64,000 bases of DNA. Source: Lingula anatina. Its lineage: Eukaryota; Animalia; Brachiopoda. This document shows, piece after piece, positions 1 through 12,292 of this stretch. The notes beneath the pieces are model-generated. The model had not been told where the DNA came from. It did no database searches and saw only the letters and a program-made list of their open reading frames with translations. Location of the stretch: contig CM120648.1 of the NCBI GenBank assembly GCA_051362555.1, forward strand, positions 3,902,587 through 3,966,586, in the 5' to 3' direction. The number at the start of each line of letters is the position of its first letter. The first letter of the stretch is position 1. The translations under genes were made by a program, and so were the position numbers.

Positions 1-15
1 ACAAGTAACACCTAC

Positions 16-2406
16 CTTATACCAGAGCGACTTCTGCCCCTCCTTTGTTTCTCTCTGTGAGGTGACCACCAAAGCTGCTCTTAGTGCAGCAACCGAGCCT
101 TCTCGTATAGCAGGCTGATAAATAGATAAATAGCATTAACAATAGCTTTAACAATAGCTTTTAGTTGTTCACTTTCAATCTACTCATTACTTTTTAACCA
201 GGTTTTCAAAGTAGCAGTCTGAGTCCAAGTCCAAATAGGTAAATTACCAGTAATATAAAAATCAGATTCTAAAACTCAATAAGCAAACTGTTTTCACATC
301 TGCTACTAACTACTGTCTCCGCCAAGACTGTCAAAACTTTATGATGACAAACAGTGACCCGTGGCAGATATAGGCCGTCTTCTGCGTCTTCTGGAAGACG
401 GTTAGATTTTCAAATTTACATTGACAGGTACCTAATTTTCCTGTTGGAAAACGGTCAAAAATGGAGGACAGATCACCAAAGATAATTTGGAAGACTGTCA
501 GAATATATCTCTGGATCTGCCCCTGGCGCCAGCATATTACACTCTTTAGGACAAGTGTTTTGGTTGAGATAGGTGATATACAGTGGAAACAGGTGGTTGA
601 GATAGACAATATACAGTGGAAACAGGTGGTTGAGATAGACAATATACAGTGGAAACAGGTGGTTGAGATAGATGATATACAGTGGAAACAGGTGGTTGAG
701 ATAGATGATATACAGTGGAAACAGGTGGTTGAAATAGATGATATACAGTGGGAAAAGGTGGTTGAGATAGATGATATACAGTGGAAACAGGTGGTTGGTT
801 TACCTTGGGGTCTCTAACAGGACTGAAGATGCAGTCAAAAAATGGCTGAACTTGCTGGAAGAAGAAGGTTGGAGTGCAAACAGCCAGCTCCCTCAACACC
901 AGAACCTGGAAGAAACAGATTTTTTTAAAAAATGAAATGAAATCATTTATGCACATCTTCTATAAGAAATATTTGAAAGTACTTAAAGGAACCTTGACTC
1001 ATCAGAAATGCAATATATTGAAGTACTAGTACTTAAGTATTATTAATAATATTATAACATACAAAATACCATACCCTAGGAAGCAGCTTCAAATCTGAAT
1101 TAAAAAAAAAAAAAGTACAACCTATGTTTAAAAAAAATACAAAAAAACTTATCTGAAATTCATATTATGAAGGCAGATGAAAAAGTTGTGATCCTGTCGT
1201 ATCAACAGACTGAGTTATATTTTATATTTATTTATTTATTTTTTTTTATTTACTTTTTTTCTTTGGTAAAATTCTATAAGCATATCCATACCGCAGCATG
1301 TCTCTTTCCCTCATGCCTGTCTCCTGTCAGCCACTCTAGCGCCCTCTTTACTTCAAATTCGACATATTCTGCCGTATACGTTCCAGACGCCAGGGCTAAT
1401 CTTCCAACTGCTTTGGACGCCATTTCCATCACACCAACATCATTGGATGGCAGAAGATTTCGAAGATAATTGGCAAATCTGCTGATTCTGGTATTTGTGT
1501 TGCCTATGTCCACTCCAATGAGGCTCACTGAAATTAGTTATTTAATGTATAATGTTATATATAAGCAAATAAATATACTGGGAGTATATATACACATAGT
1601 ATAACATATTATTGCCCGTAATTATTTATATATTTTGACTTATTAAAAAATAAATCTATCCGGTTATTTTTTTACCATGAATGATTATTCACCAAATCAA
1701 GTTATGTGTTATGAGGACAAATCTGAATTAAGTTTTGATGCATTTATTTTGAGGTCAGAGATGAAAGTGGACCTTTTAAAAAATCTTGAAAAATGTAAGC
1801 ACTGAAGTTGTGCAGTTCTAAACAGGGATTTAATAACAAAACTAAAAAAATTACTCAACATCCAGATTCTGAATAAACCCAGAAGACCTTAATCTCAAAA
1901 ACAGAGAAAATCATGTCTGACTATACCCACCCCGCACATGGTATTTTTAAATTTTTACCGAGCAACTGCAGGCTTTTAACTTTTAAGGGATCTAAAAGGT
2001 TTTTAAAGAGTTTTTACCCATCTGCTGTCTTATTTTAACAACAAAAATGGAAATTTATAATTTATTTATTTATTTATAATTTGTAACCCGAATAGCAGTC
2101 CAATTTCCATTTTATATGAATTTAATATTTATATATTAATGGCTGAATAAACTCTTATCTCTTATCAATGAGGGGCACACCTATTGCCAGAATCCCGCCC
2201 TTTTTTTCGTTTACGTCAGAGCTGGAGACCATCTCAAATATATGATGATTGAACTCGTCCATGAAGGCCGTCAAGTCCTCGATGGAAACTTCCCTCAGCT
2301 CGGTGGTGACATAGTGGTTCAGTTTCCGAGCTGCTTCTGTCCGCGTTTCATCATTCCTGGACTTCAGTCCAGTGATGAACTGTGCCATCTGAACTGAAAC
2401 TGTCAT
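16..2406 (-). CDS. MTOR: Serine/threonine kinase mTOR, N-terminal coding exons: complement(join(16..114,804..905,1292..1527,2181..2406)); the gene continues off the left edge
   Basis: Translations match the mTOR N-terminal HEAT region ([13 protein letters not shown]...[14 protein letters not shown] / [17 protein letters not shown]...[16 protein letters not shown]...RHAA / VLVLRELA...[18 protein letters not shown] / [19 protein letters not shown]). All boundaries are GT/AG with consistent phase. Confidence 0.97.
561..797. repeat. 33-bp intronic minisatellite, about 7 copies (gatatacagtggaaacaggtggttgagatagat)
   Basis: Direct tandem copies are visible. They produce the spurious repetitive ORFs 461..817, 331..642 and the tail of 546..956. 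Confidence 0.95.
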
Positions 2407-3235
2407 GGTTCTGGAGATACAGGTTGAAATCCCCCTTCTCTGGATTCAATCCACACACTGTATCAATGTGGTGAGCATGTGGATCCACTGCCTGTGTCTC
2501 TGAATAGTCAATTAACACAAATATTTAGGAAAATGTGGAGAAAAGAGAAAGAAATTAAGTAAGAAAAGGCAGGTATGTGACAAAATGAATGAACAATGCA
2601 ACTTTATCTTCAAATAAAATTAGCCTGTCTCGTCCAAGACGGAAAGAAATGAAACGTGTGAGTGTGATTTTTGCCAAGTCTGCCTCTGCAGATTATTCAC
2701 AGAAAGTAGGAAAGAGACAACCAAGACCAAGTGCCAAGGCGGTGCAGAAAAATTGAACAAAAAATCTTCAATTTATTGATGTTGACACGATTATCCAAAC
2801 TAAGAGCAAAAACCATATGTTTTTCTGCTCTCACATCTAATATTTCAATGTGTCACTCCGGGAAAATATTGATATTTTTCTACAAATATGTGAAATTTTC
2901 CACGCCTATCTTACCTTACAAAATTGCAATGGAGGTCGCCATTTTTAATCTCGCGAGATTTAGAGATATGTTTGTTTTGCATTTATTACATATTTTAAAA
3001 TATCTAGATCTATATTTCGTACTATTATTGAATATTTTCATATATTCGGTTTTTGCAGTTGCTTGATTTATTTTGGGACATACTTTATTTTGTCTCTAAG
3101 AAGGCGAATGAGGCTAAAAGCAGCCAAAACGAGATTGACTTAATTTCCGGTGGAGGCATGAACATCGTATTCTGTGTAATCAAGATTAGATGATGTAAAT
3201 AGCATTGTGAAAAACGTCAGAAATCACGACTCAAA
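2407..3235. promoter_or_regulatory. Putative bidirectional promoter between mTOR and UBIAD1, with a YY1-type CGCCATTTT (2937..2945) next to the palindrome TCTCGCGAGA (2949..2958)
   Basis: The divergent ATGs are 830 bp apart and both motifs are read directly. The transcription start sites are not visible. Confidence 0.6.
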
Positions 3236-4198
3236 ATGGCAGGCGAAAAAATCACAAATGGTGTGCCATATGGCGAGAAATATTCTAAAACAGAAAAGCC
3301 GAAAGGGACTTTTTATTCCGTGGTCGCAGCTCTGAGGCCGTGGTCATTCAGCGCTTCATTGGTGCCAGTGGCTCTTGGAAGCATGTTAGCGTACAAAGAT
3401 AGCGGGTATTTTAATGTGTGGATATTCATAGTGACATGTCTCACAGCCTTATCGGTCCACGGGGCTGGAAACCTTGTCAACACCTACTTTGACTACATGA
3501 AAGGGGTCGACGGGAGTAAGAGCGATGACAGAACGCTGGTGGACCACATCCTTGCCCCAAACGATGTGGCCCAGCTGGGGGCAGCGCTGTACACTGTAGG
3601 GTGTGCAGGGTTCGTTCTCCTCGTCTACCTGTCCCCGGCAAAGATGGAGCACCTGGCTCTGTTGTACTTTGGCGGACTCTCGGGGAGTTTCCTCTACACC
3701 GGAGGCCTAGGACTGAAATACATTGCCTTAGGAGACATCGCCATTTTTCTAACATTTGGACCAGTGACTGTCATGTTTTCCTTCCTCGCACAGTGCGGGA
3801 AGCTCTCTCTCCTTCCACTTTGGTACGCCGTGCCATTAGCACTGAACACTGAAGCCATCCTCCACTGCAATAACACAAGAGACATGGAGACTGATAAGGC
3901 CTCTGGTATAATCACCCTAGCCATCTTAATAGGCAGGACTGCATCCTATCTGTTATTTGTACTGTTATTATTCTCCCCATACATCAGCTTGTTCGTCCTG
4001 GCCCTCCATTACTCAGGATGGTTTCTACTTCCTGTGCTGAGCATATTCCCAGCATTTTCAAGGGAGAGAGATTTCCGGGAGGGCAGGCTAAGGAGACTGC
4101 CACAGAAGCTAGCGCAACTAAATATTGTGTTTGGACTTTCATATGTATTAGCTTGTTTTTTAGCCAAAGGAAGTATGTTACCTGGAATGAGACATTGA
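3236..4198 (+). CDS. UBIAD1: UbiA prenyltransferase domain-containing protein 1 (menaquinone-4 synthesis), single exon, 320 aa
   Basis: ALRPWSFSASL, GNLVNTYFDYMKGVD..SDDRTLVD, LKYIALGD and EAILHCNNTRD motifs, plus multiple hydrophobic helices. Confidence 0.97.
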   Translation: MAGEKITNGVPYGEKYSKTEKPKGTFYSVVAALRPWSFSASLVPVALGSMLAYKDSGYFNVWIFIVTCLTALSVHGAGNLVNTYFDYMKGVDGSKSDDRTLVDHILAPNDVAQLGAALYTVGCAGFVLLVYLSPAKMEHLALLYFGGLSGSFLYTGGLGLKYIALGDIAIFLTFGPVTVMFSFLAQCGKLSLLPLWYAVPLALNTEAILHCNNTRDMETDKASGIITLAILIGRTASYLLFVLLLFSPYISLFVLALHYSGWFLLPVLSIFPAFSRERDFREGRLRRLPQKLAQLNIVFGLSYVLACFLAKGSMLPGMRH

Positions 4199-5146
4199 GA
4201 CAATGAGACATTTTTTTTTTCAACATAAACCAGAAGTGAAGCATCAGAGGCTGGATTATTTCAAGTGTGAACAGACCAAGATCTATACTGACAATTACAT
4301 GAATTTATGTTGTGGCATTTCTTAATGTAATAATTTATATATCTCCGTTTATTCTTCCCATATTGTAACTGTAGCACTTGCAAGGACTGGAGCACAGATT
4401 TCAAAATTTGAAAAACTGACCTAGAAAACCTGTGGCACTTATTGTAATCTGCAAGCAATCTCTTTGTTGCATGTTCACTCCGTATAAACTGGTTGAGAAA
4501 TGCTGAAATCCTTTGTCAATCCATTTCTTGTCTGAAAAAAGCCGGGTGTATAGGCAAGCATTGCAGTAATGCTGCCTGTCTTTATTTTATTTCATTATTT
4601 TTCTGGTCTGTTTACACAAAGACAGATTTAAACTGGGCTTTTAAACTTGCATTAACAGAAGTCTGTATCCGCCACGAAAATAGAAACATACCTGTAATCT
4701 AGTTGTCTGATGGTGCAAGTTATCCCACATTCCAGTTTGCCCAGTTTGAACAAAGTTTTATTTTTTATTTATTTCTTTCTTTTGAGGAGGGTGGGCTATG
4801 AAGAGTATTTGTTCTGTTTACTCATTTCTTTTTTTATGTCATAAATGGTTGTTCCATGAAATACTAATTAACCAAATTGAATCTAAACATCTTTGTGTTC
4901 CTCTGAACAAAATGTTCAACGCTTTTTAACTGAGACCCATTCCTTGAAGATGGATATTTCAAACAAAAACATGATGTTTTCACTGAATTGAAAAATACAG
5001 TTTACGAAATGTTTATATTTCTTGGCACAAACTGGCCGCTACTCGAATGATTCCCTAGGTTTTCTCCGAGAATGACACCAATAAAATAGGGGCGTGTTTA
5101 GGCTACGTGGCTAACGATCACCTGTATGGCATGCACGAACACACTG

Positions 5147-5277
5147 TCTCGCCAATCTCAACTAACACAATTAGGTACCATCTCGCCAATCTCAACTAAC
5201 ATAATTAGGTACCGTCTCGCTAATCGCAACATACACAATTTGGTACCGTCTCGCTAATCACAACTAACACAATTTGG
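5147..5277. repeat. About 34-bp tandem repeat x4 (tctcgccaatctcaactaacacaattaggtacc)
   Basis: Direct repeats are visible. The paralogous site near 15147..15208 has only about 2 copies. Confidence 0.8.
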
Positions 5278-5690
5278 TGGTTTGTGTCTCGTTCAGCCTC
5301 TTTGTATATATTGATAACTTTTTTTGTGACACAGTATCACCACCAATGTCTACTTTATAGGCCTACATAAGCAAAGAATACCTGACCTGTTATGATTTGG
5401 GAGAAGTCACAATAAACTGGATACTTCTAAGACCGGTCTTAATTCTAAATATTTTGCGAGAAACTGTTGATAGAAAAGTATGAAAAGGCAAATAGAAATA
5501 AAGCACACTTCCGCAAAGAAAATGAAACGCTTTTTTTTTCGATTTAAATGTAAGCGGTGGTGTATGTGAAGTGGGGGCATAAGAATCAGGTGATACCAAA
5601 TACCAACCTCGGTAATGTATACTCAAAAGCGACCATTTAAATAAGCTGTAATTTCGTCGCATAAAACGGCTATTACTTTTACGTGACACA

Positions 5691-5758
<68 letters not shown>

Positions 5759-6542
5759 CAACTCTGAACTGAAAAATGTTAAACAACACAATATATGGTA
5801 TGTAGGCCTGAAACTGTGTGGCTTTTTGGTCAATATCCCATTTGAAGATGAAGTAGAAATTTCCAAAAGTGAATTCCTGAATAACTGAGAGTATCTTTTG
5901 TAAACTGATGCAGGCTGCTAACTTTGGATTGACTTTGTAGTAATAAAAATAATGGTGATGCATATTTATCACCAATATCCACGGGTAGCTAGGTGTGCAA
6001 TTTCATGTAACCTTAGAAGGCATTTTAATTATTGACAATAAGATCAATTGATTTATCAGAACTACGTTACATAAAAACATATAATTTGATACTCGTCATT
6101 TTAAGTAGAATACAACGAGGAAGTTGTCAATATAGAATATCAAAGCAATAGATCAAGTAAATAGATGGGATTATTAAACTATGAACTTTTTTCGATAAAC
6201 TGTAACAGAAGAAACCAATTTACGCTGAAAGGTTTCAAACAGATGGCAAGGAAAAAAACTTAAAATGTTTGAATTGTAAGAATATACGATAGACAATTCT
6301 GTAGGCCTAAAGCAATGCAGTATCCAAATCAATAACCATAGGTGAGCTGCTTTACTCGATCCCCATCAATTGCTATTTTTCATTGTCGCAAGGAGAAAAC
6401 ACGGTGAGGTGTAAATTTTTAATCGACTCCCCGAAAGCATCTATATACAGAAAATTCTTGCGTGGAGAACACTGTTTAAACCGATAAAGGATTTAACATT
6501 TTATATGCTTTTTTTCCAAAAAAAGTTGCACACAATTAAGAG

Positions 6543-7371
6543 ATGTTTTTATTGATGGCGATCGCAGTCGCGGATATTGCAATTGGCGATGGGCGTTGTA
6601 AGTATATAGTTCACGTATGTTTGGTTATTCTTTCATTTTTTTTTAAATGGTGTACTGAAATTTGATGTCAGAAGTAATTTTTTTTAAATTGAGCATGAAA
6701 TACTGATTACTGACCCACTCTCGTAAAAGAGGCGAACACTGGTGGAAAAAAAAAGAGAAATTGATTGGGAGTTAGAAAATGGAAGCGTAAATCGTAATTT
6801 TCTCAACTCCTTTTTAAAGATAAACTATGATAAAGAGTAATTCCAGTCCCTGCGAAGTTGGATCGATCTAGGTTGAACTATAGTTTTATTGGGGATGATC
6901 CCTTATAGAAAATGATCACGCAAGGAAGCATATTTTTATCCGCATAAATAAGTGAATTTCGGAATAGGAACCAATCACGCTCCAGTAGTTTTACAAATAA
7001 ATTCCATATTATCTTGACGACAATTAATTTTCGGTGGCTCCTGACTTTGATATAGTTATTTGAATACTTCTCGCCTTTTTACGCGTTTTATTTGTGCCTG
7101 ACTATTTCGGAATTAAGCTATATTAACATTTTCGAATAACTTAACAACAAAAACTCGTCAGGATAGAAATATCCATCTGTAAAGAGATGTTTTGATCTTT
7201 TATCAGCGGTTCTTCCTCGCCCAGCGGGTTTTTGGCCGCTCACAAAACGATACCATGGCTTGGACGTCAGTGGGAACGGTAACCACGCCCTAGTGCAGGA
7301 CGTCGATTTTAACGCAGGTAAGGGAGCCGCAGAGGGGAAGAATAGCGCCTGATGTCAAAATTGTCCGTCTT

Positions 7372-7410
<39 letters not shown>

Positions 7411-7555
7411 GTGCAACCTGAGCAGTTGTGGCGAGTAGGTAATAATACATTAAAAAAGTCGTCATAATAATAATAATAAGTATCTGTTGAATCCAGAGTT
7501 TTGTTGTTTGCCAATGGTGGGAGATGAAGAATATTAAAAACTCAGAAGACGAAGA

Positions 7556-7653
<98 letters not shown>

Positions 7654-10600
7654 GATGGTCACATGGATGGAAAATTATATATTTTTCTCCAATTTCTCTC
7701 CTTGGATGCGCCTCTGCACGTATACATTGAGTTCTTATTTCTTGTCATTCCTCTAGGCATTTATGGCATTGGCGAAGGCTCGGCTAAATTTGCAGGCACA
7801 GTTTCTTCCTTCATCGAAATCCCAAACAATGGAGCATTGAACGTCCGTTCTTTCACATGGCTGGCCTACGTGCGCCTACGACGCATGTCGGATCGGGGTC
7901 CACTGTTTAACTTTCGTCGTGGTGAGAACAATTATGATTACGGAACTGTCATATGGGCTGACACATATGTGTTAGGCGGGGGATTCTTCATTCGCCCTAT
8001 GGTGAGGGAGTTAGGCAGTGAACCAGCATCCTATTATTTAAATGTACTCACTGACGCTGCCTGGGTCTATGCCGGTTTCACGTACGATGCCAAGTCCGGG
8101 ATGATCAGGATGTGGGTAGACGGCGTCGAGGCGGGTCATTTTCAGCACACTCCTCACCTGAATCATATCACCGACACACCTGTCCGCATCGGTGCCAGAC
8201 ACATTTCCACGAGAGACTCCAGGTATTTCTCCGGTGCCTTGAGGTGTGTCCAATGGTACGGAGTCGCTTTATCTGCAGAACAGATCCAACAGACCGTGGA
8301 GCTGTGCAGAGAGACTGGTAAGTACTAGTAGCAGTGGCGAATTGGGGGGGGGGGGGGAGGGGGTCAGGGGGGTCTAGACCCCCCCTCCCGGCCTTTGATT
8401 TTTGAAAAAAATCACACCAATGGTCTCCTCTAGAATTTTGATTTGCTGAAACATAGTTCTTAACTGTACCAAATGGCACCATTCGCCCTCTAATATATCA
8501 AGTTTTTCGGGGCCCTGCAGCTGGCCCCAAACCTCACTCCAAGGGGAGGGGGGAGGGTCGACTTCGCATCCGCGGACCCCCCTTCAAATAAGTCTGGATC
8601 CGCCCCTGTAGTAGGATGATACAGTAAAAGTCCAGGCAACGAACGACTTAGGTTGGAAAAAATGTTAACAAGGGCTTTTCAACTGAATACGGTCCTGTTT
8701 GGGGCCAATATAACCCAGATAATCTCCCACCGGAATCCACAAGTACAAAATGGCCGCCAATGCATAGGGAAGAGTATTTAAGTGCACATATTATGGAAAA
8801 TTGGTGATTTAGAGACTTGCGAGACGTATAATTTTCAAAACCATGGTCATTCAGTTGTAGATAGTTTGGATTCACCATAGGTCAAGGTCAATCTCGAGTG
8901 TCAAGGCCAATCTCGAAAAAGACCAAAACAGCTCAAAATACGACTGTCTTTATTCTTTCAAAAATGAACTTTTTATGATTTTTTTTTTTTTTTGCTCTTA
9001 TTGAGAACTGAACACAAGAGGCCACATTTGTGAATGTTGCATTTAACTGACCAGGGGTAAAACAATGTATGTCAAGGTCAAATTTGCATTTTAAAAGATA
9101 CAAAAGTAAGATTTGTGATCCCCATAACACATGCCAAACTAATATATCCTTTGATTGCCGAATGTCCTAATGATGATTATGTTGAAAATCATTAAATAAA
9201 AGGGCAATACTTTGTAAACGAAGGGAGGCCAAGGTCATGTATGTGTGTCAAGGTCAATCTCATTAGTGGCTTGAAATGTAACTACATTTTTGCGGAACTT
9301 TTTATGTCATCTATTAGTGACAAAATGTCATAAACACATGACAAAATTGAAAGAAAAGCGTGTAGATTGATACAGCTGTGAGACAATATAAACACTCAGG
9401 CATGCTATAATGTGCCTACAAGCAGAAACACACGCACAACAACTTACAAAAGCACATTTGAAACGGTGCTTGTGGATGCAGCGTGAAGAGATCATTTTAT
9501 CAGGAGTGTATATTTTTGTAAAAATATAGAGTGGTGTGTATTTTATGCCAATTTTAGGTTTGACCTTGTTTTAAGTTTCACCTTGAGACATATACTCTGA
9601 AAATGTCCTAACCCTTTACCACGCAATTCGTATTTTTGATCACATACGTTATTGAGAGGCCTGCATGATTATCTGTGCCAGTGTGCGTATATGCAAAATT
9701 TGATAGAAATGGCATTTGAGGTATTTTTATTTAATTGTTTTAATTACATTCATGTCTATTGGACTTTAACACTTATTTTCTTCTCCTTTGTTCAATTAAA
9801 TCCCAAAGCAAAATTATTGCCTTTTGACCAAATTGCTTGATAAATAATTTTATTTCTGTGAAAATTATAGTTGGATGTATTTTAGACCGTTTTTGTCCCA
9901 TTTCAAGACTGACCTTGACACACACGTGACTTTGACCTCTGGTGATCAACAACCTATTGTCCTTTTATTCATTAAATCTTACACATTATTAAAAGTTTTG
10001 ACCATACATGTACGTGAACTTATCTAGTTCGACTGAATTTTTATTGGATCAGAAATGTCACTTTTGTAGTTTGATGCAAATTTGACGATGACGTGCATTA
10101 TTTTACCCTTGGTCAGTTAAATAAAGCATTCACAAAGGTGGTCTCTTGTATGCAGTTCTCAATAGCAGCTAGAAATATAATAAAATATTCATTTTTGAAA
10201 GAATAAAGACATTTGATGCTATATTTTAAGCTATTTTGGCCCTTTCTCGGGATTGACCTTGACATTAAGGCATCATCTTGACCTCTGATGACTTCCAAAC
10301 TTTTTTCAATTGAATGGCCATGCCTTGGAACATTAGAAATAATTTCTTTTACAAGCTTTTAAGTTACCCAGTTTCCATGATATGCCCACTTACACTCCGT
10401 CCCATATGCATTGGCGGCCATTTTGGATTTTTGGCACTTTGCCATGGGTGGAATCCAGTGGGAAATTATCTGGGTTATATTGGCCCCATACTGGACCGGA
10501 TTCAGTTGAGATATCTTTGTTAACATTTTTCCAACTTCAGTGGGGAATATTCGTTCTTTTACCAGACTTGTGTACAGAATCTACATACTGGAGGACGGCG

Positions 10601-11045
10601 ACGAGGTTATGTTTTCACCTCCGCTTGTCTGTCTGTCTGTCTGTCTGTCTGTTGTCACAAGCCTAACTCAAAAACTTGCAGGTGGATTTTGATGAAATTT
10701 TCAAGATAGGTCAGAAGTTGGGTGTGTTAATTTATCTTGCAAATAAGAAAGTGTGTGTCTCTTTCAGTACACGGCGCACGGTACAAGGTTCACAAAGGTT
10801 ACGCAATTGGCACTAACTCTTCACTAACATACAGATCCGCGCATGGAATCCGTTCTCTCTTGGAATGTGCCGCCTTCTGTTGCCGAGACTACAACTGTCT
10901 ATCAGTGAATTATTTGGAGGCTACTTCAACATGTGAACTCAGCAAATACTCCACCGTCTACAACAGCAGCCTACAGCTTACCCGACGTTCAGAGGGCGAG
11001 GTGCACGCCAAACTATTGCATCCCGTGAATATGTTGTCTGATTGA
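6543..11045 (+). CDS. Secreted LamG/concanavalin A-like + PAN/Apple protein, copy 1: join(6543..6597,7207..7317,7757..8317,10768..11045), 334 aa
   Basis: All introns are phase-1 GT/AG. Features: hydrophobic leader MFLLMAIAVADIAIG; LamG start PAGFWPL..G.DVSGNGNH; SFTW, WVYAGFTYD..G.IRMWVDG, VRIGA..FSG.LRCVQWY..ALSAEQI; PAN motif ECAAFCCRDYNCLSVNY....CELS. Exon 1 is the least certain. Confidence 0.85.
8332..8608. mobile_element. GC-rich MITE (CAGTGGCG...CGCCCCTG) with 6-bp TSD tagtag
   Basis: Short imperfect TIR, tagtag on both flanks, and absent from the paralogous intron near 21030. Confidence 0.75.
8622..10572. mobile_element. About 1.95-kb non-autonomous foldback-like DNA element with long imperfect inverted arms, TA-flanked
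   Basis: 8650..8740 is the reverse complement of about 10448..10536, 9049..9090 of 10074..10114, and 9227..9260 of 9906..9937. Absent from the copy-2 intron. Confidence 0.8.
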
Positions 11046-11068
11046 GATAAGTGGCGAGTCCAGACTAA

Positions 11069-11322
11069 GGGCTCATTCCCCATGAAACTATCACTTTATG
11101 TAGAGGGATCCCAATCCGCGGAGACTTTTGCTGAATGCAATCAGATTAACATATTAACACTCCCCCTCCTGGCGTTGAAAAGAATACTGAAAAGCTGGTG
11201 ATTATACCAGCTGGTGGAAACAAGAGGCGGCGTGTAAATCTGTTAATCTGATTGCATTCAGCGAGTGACTCCCCAGAGTTGGATCGATTTTCACAGCAAG
11301 ATATTTTTATTGGGAATGAGCC
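11069..11322. mobile_element. PIF/Harbinger-like MITE (GGGCTCATTCCC termini); related copies near 21549, 35730..35960 and 51268..51732
   Basis: Inverted termini flanked by TAA/TTA, and a shared internal tagatcgatcc..gctgaatgca sequence. Confidence 0.65.
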
Positions 11323-12292
11323 TTATTAAAGCATTCTGATGTCGGATTATTTATTTAGGCGACTATTCTATACCGGGTCGACATTGGCTAATTTGGCTTT
11401 ATTGTGCCCAGGCACATCTTGACAGCATAAAACGAAATTTACGTGAGTCCCGTAGTGTGGGGGGAAAAAAGAAATTTCCATGAGTTTCATGGTGCGATGA
11501 AACTACATATAACAGGGTATATCTTTATAGGGTTGAAAGCATATGAAGCGCTCTTCTGTATGCGGCCTTTCTGATTGTAGAGATTATTTAATATGTGATT
11601 TATTCAATTATTCATATATTTATATGAGCGGTCCAAATTGTAAATGTTAATATGGTTTATAATATTTTCAAGATTCCCGTAGTGTGGTGAGAAAAAACCC
11701 ATTAGTCCGTTACGTGGTGAAAAAAGAAACGGAATTTCCATAAGTCCTGTAATGTGATGAAAACGAAATATCCTTTAGTGCCGTATATTGCACTAATGAT
11801 GTCCCTATACTTTACTTTGGTATATTCTTTTTAGAGACTCCTAATATAAGAAGTTAGAACTTTATAGGGTTGAAATCATAGTCAGCGTTCTTCTGTATAC
11901 AACCTTTCTGGTTGTTGCGATTATTTTTTAATTAATTTTCCTATTCCTTTATTCATATATTTGTGATAATTGTTAATGTGCTTAATACATACTAATCAAG
12001 ATTTTCCTTAAAATGTTATGATTGTTGTTTGTATGCATGTACACTGTAAGATGTCACGCAGTATCTTAGACTGTGCGACAGATCGCCCGATAAGGAGACA
12101 AAAAGACAGGATATTTTAATACGTTAATTGAAATTTTTGTTGTTGCTGCTGTATAGTGCAAGTGCCTAGTTCATACATTTTTATTCCACTGTATTTACTC
12201 GGATTTTATTGTCACATTAAGACCCATTTAATACGTTTAATGCTCTTTTTTCTATTTATGCATAATGGACATCTAAGGTCAAGTTTGACCTA

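Noticed and set aside
331-817. Repetitive ORFs ([11 protein letters not shown] and reverse frames)
   Set aside because: Products of the 33-bp intronic minisatellite, which is open in several frames; it lies in an mTOR intron.
5696-5755. (TA)n, (AG)n, (TAA)n, (AAAT)n and poly-A/T tracts here and elsewhere
   Set aside because: Ordinary microsatellites; the ORFs crossing them are low-complexity artefacts.
7663-7756. N-terminus MDGKLYIFLQFL of ORF 7663..8328 (and of 20294..21034)
   Set aside because: Intronic read-through upstream of the acceptor; the LamG N-terminal motif lies in the upstream exon.
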